Positions 62,355 to 64,000 of a stretch of 64,000 nt of DNA are shown piece by piece. Made by a program: the position numbers and the translations under genes. The number at the start of each line of letters is the position of its first letter. Within the stretch, counting starts at the first letter, position 1. Origin of the DNA: Pyrinomonadaceae bacterium. GTDB taxonomy: Bacteria > Acidobacteriota > Blastocatellia > Pyrinomonadales > Pyrinomonadaceae. Under the pieces are notes generated by a model that was given only the letters and a program-made list of their open reading frames with translations, had not been told where the DNA came from and made no database searches. The stretch covers positions 320,001-384,000 of the forward strand of contig JBKBYA010000002.1 in NCBI GenBank assembly GCA_046313635.1. The letters run 5' to 3'.

Positions 62355-64000
62355 CTAAATTACGTTCGGCTCCTCAGAAAGATGTAGCTCCTCGGCAAAC
62401 TGGAGCTCGTAAAGTCTCTTGTAGCGGCCGCGGCGCCGCAGCAGCTCGTCGTGCGTGCCGCGCTCGACGATGCGGCCGCGCTCCATCACGACGATCAGGT
62501 CGGCGCGGCGAATGGTCGACAGACGGTGCGCGATGACGATCGAGGTCTTGTCCTTCATCAGGTTGGCGAGCGCTTTTTGGACGAGACGTTCGGATTCGGC
62601 GTCGAGGGCCGACGTGGCCTCGTCGAGGATCAGCACCGGTGCATTCACCAGCACGGCCCGGGCGATAGCGAGCCTCTGCCGCTGGCCGCCCGAGAGAAAG
62701 ATGCCGCGCTCGCCGACGAGCGTCTCGTATCGGTGGGGCAATTCGTCGATAAAGTCGTCGGCAAATGCGATGCGTGCCGCTTCGGCGATCTGCTCGTCGG
62801 TCGCATCGGGGCGGCCGTAAGAGATGTTGTAACGCACCGTGTCGTTAAAGAGCACCGTCTCCTGCGTGACAAGCGCGATCTGCCGCTTGAGACTGGCGAG
62901 GCGAGCGTCGCGCAGGTCGACGTCGTCCCAATAGATCGCGCCTGAGGTCGGATCGTATAGCCGCTGGACGAGCTTGATCAAGCTGGATTTGCCGCCGCCG
63001 CTCTCGCCGACGAGCGCGACGACCGAGCCCTTTGGAACTTCAAGCGTGATGTCGTCGAGGATCTTGCGGTCGCTGCTGCCGTACTCGAACGAGACGTGAT
63101 CGATGCGGATCGATCGCTGAAGCGGCTTGAGTTCGACGGCGTCAGGTCGCTCGGGCAGCGTGTCGTCCTCGTCGAGCACCGACCAGACGTCCTTTGCCGC
63201 GGCAAACGCCTTTGTGATCTCGTTATGCTGGCGCGAGATGCGCCGCATCGGGTCGTAGCTGCGAAAGAGAAAATACAAAAAGGTAAAGAACTGCGCTGCG
63301 TCCATCCGCGCCGAGTTGATCTCTCGCAGACCGAAATAAAAGAACGCGACCATCATCACGACGCCGATGATCTCGATCGTCGGCGGCGACGTCGCGGCGA
63401 TCCGTCCGGAGCGAAGATTGGCTCGCGCGATCAGGCGCGCGACGCGTGCAAAGCGTTCCTTCTCGCGCGGCTCGGCGAGATAAGCCTTGACGATCGCGTG
63501 ATTGGAGATCGCCTCCTGCGCGGTGTCGGTGAGCTGCTTGTTGCCCTCGAACGAGACCTCGGCCATCCGCCTGAGCGCGCGGCTGAATTTGGATGTCAGC
63601 ACGGCGATCACAGGCGCGATGATCAGCGCGCCGAGCATCAGCCTCCAATTGAAATAGAACGCCGCCGCAAAAAAGCAGATGAGCATAAAGCTCTCGCGCA
63701 AAACGTCGCGCAGGTTTGCCGACACCGCGAGCTCGATCGCCGAGCAGCTCACGACGAGCCTCGACACCAGAAAGTTCGTTCGATGACGCTCGAAGAATGT
63801 CGCCGACTGCTTGAGCAGATGGTCGTACAGCTCGCTCCGCAGCTGCAGGATCGCCGACTGGCCGATCTTCGCCATCAGATACGACGAGAAGTACTCCGCC
63901 ACGCCCTTGCAGATCGTGAACGCGAAGAGCAGCACCGAGATCATCATCCACGCGCGAAACCAATCGTCACGCGGTATCAGGCTGTGCAGGTCGAACAGCG
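62355..64000 (-). CDS. MsbA-like ABC exporter (TMD plus NBD), 5' end outside window
   Basis: GESGGGKS, LSGGQRQR, ILDEATSALD, IAHRL; frame open to the window end. Confidence 0.9.
   Translation of the reverse strand, partial: LFDLHSLIPRDDWFRAWMMISVLLFAFTICKGVAEYFSSYLMAKIGQSAILQLRSELYDHLLKQSATFFERHRTNFLVSRLVVSCSAIELAVSANLRDVLRESFMLICFFAAAFYFNWRLMLGALIIAPVIAVLTSKFSRALRRMAEVSFEGNKQLTDTAQEAISNHAIVKAYLAEPREKERFARVARLIARANLRSGRIAATSPPTIEIIGVVMMVAFFYFGLREINSARMDAAQFFTFLYFLFRSYDPMRRISRQHNEITKAFAAAKDVWSVLDEDDTLPERPDAVELKPLQRSIRIDHVSFEYGSSDRKILDDITLEVPKGSVVALVGESGGGKSSLIKLVQRLYDPTSGAIYWDDVDLRDARLASLKRQIALVTQETVLFNDTVRYNISYGRPDATDEQIAEAARIAFADDFIDELPHRYETLVGERGIFLSGGQRQRLAIARAVLVNAPVLILDEATSALDAESERLVQKALANLMKDKTSIVIAHRLSTIRRADLIVVMERGRIVERGTHDELLRRRGRYKRLYELQFAEELHLSEEPNVI

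Overview
GC-rich core-chromosome segment, most likely from an Acidobacteriota bacterium of the Blastocatellia/Pyrinomonadaceae type. This is inferred from the FG-GAP-tailed surface protein, gene content and style, and was not database-checked. Most of it is housekeeping: purD, aroC, rsmD, recG, tig-clpP-clpX, murE, pabB, rpsT, lon, engB, rho, glgA, purA, pxpBCA, menG, glgP, mtnA, ETF-QO, rpoZ-gmk-yicC, an msbA-like gene, tRNA-Leu(TAG) and tRNA-Lys(TTT). No CRISPR array, prophage, integrase or transposase gene is visible. The most notable non-routine items are: (1) two tandem KimA/KUP-like putative K+ transporters, preceded by a candidate three-hairpin sRNA and a terminator-containing leader that does not match the c-di-AMP riboswitch; (2) a 1037-aa surface protein with an ice-binding-like DUF3494 tip, four Lys/Glu/Asn isopeptide-type Ig domains and an FG-GAP tail; (3) heptamer-repeat palindromic elements, one family also inserted in frame in aroC; (4) a second RsmD paralog with GPPY in place of DPPY and an Arg/Gly-rich N-terminus; (5) an internally deleted cyanophycinase relic and a REP/IS200-IS605-like palindromic element. 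All protein calls come from motif recognition by eye, and several start codons were adjusted from the ORF track.
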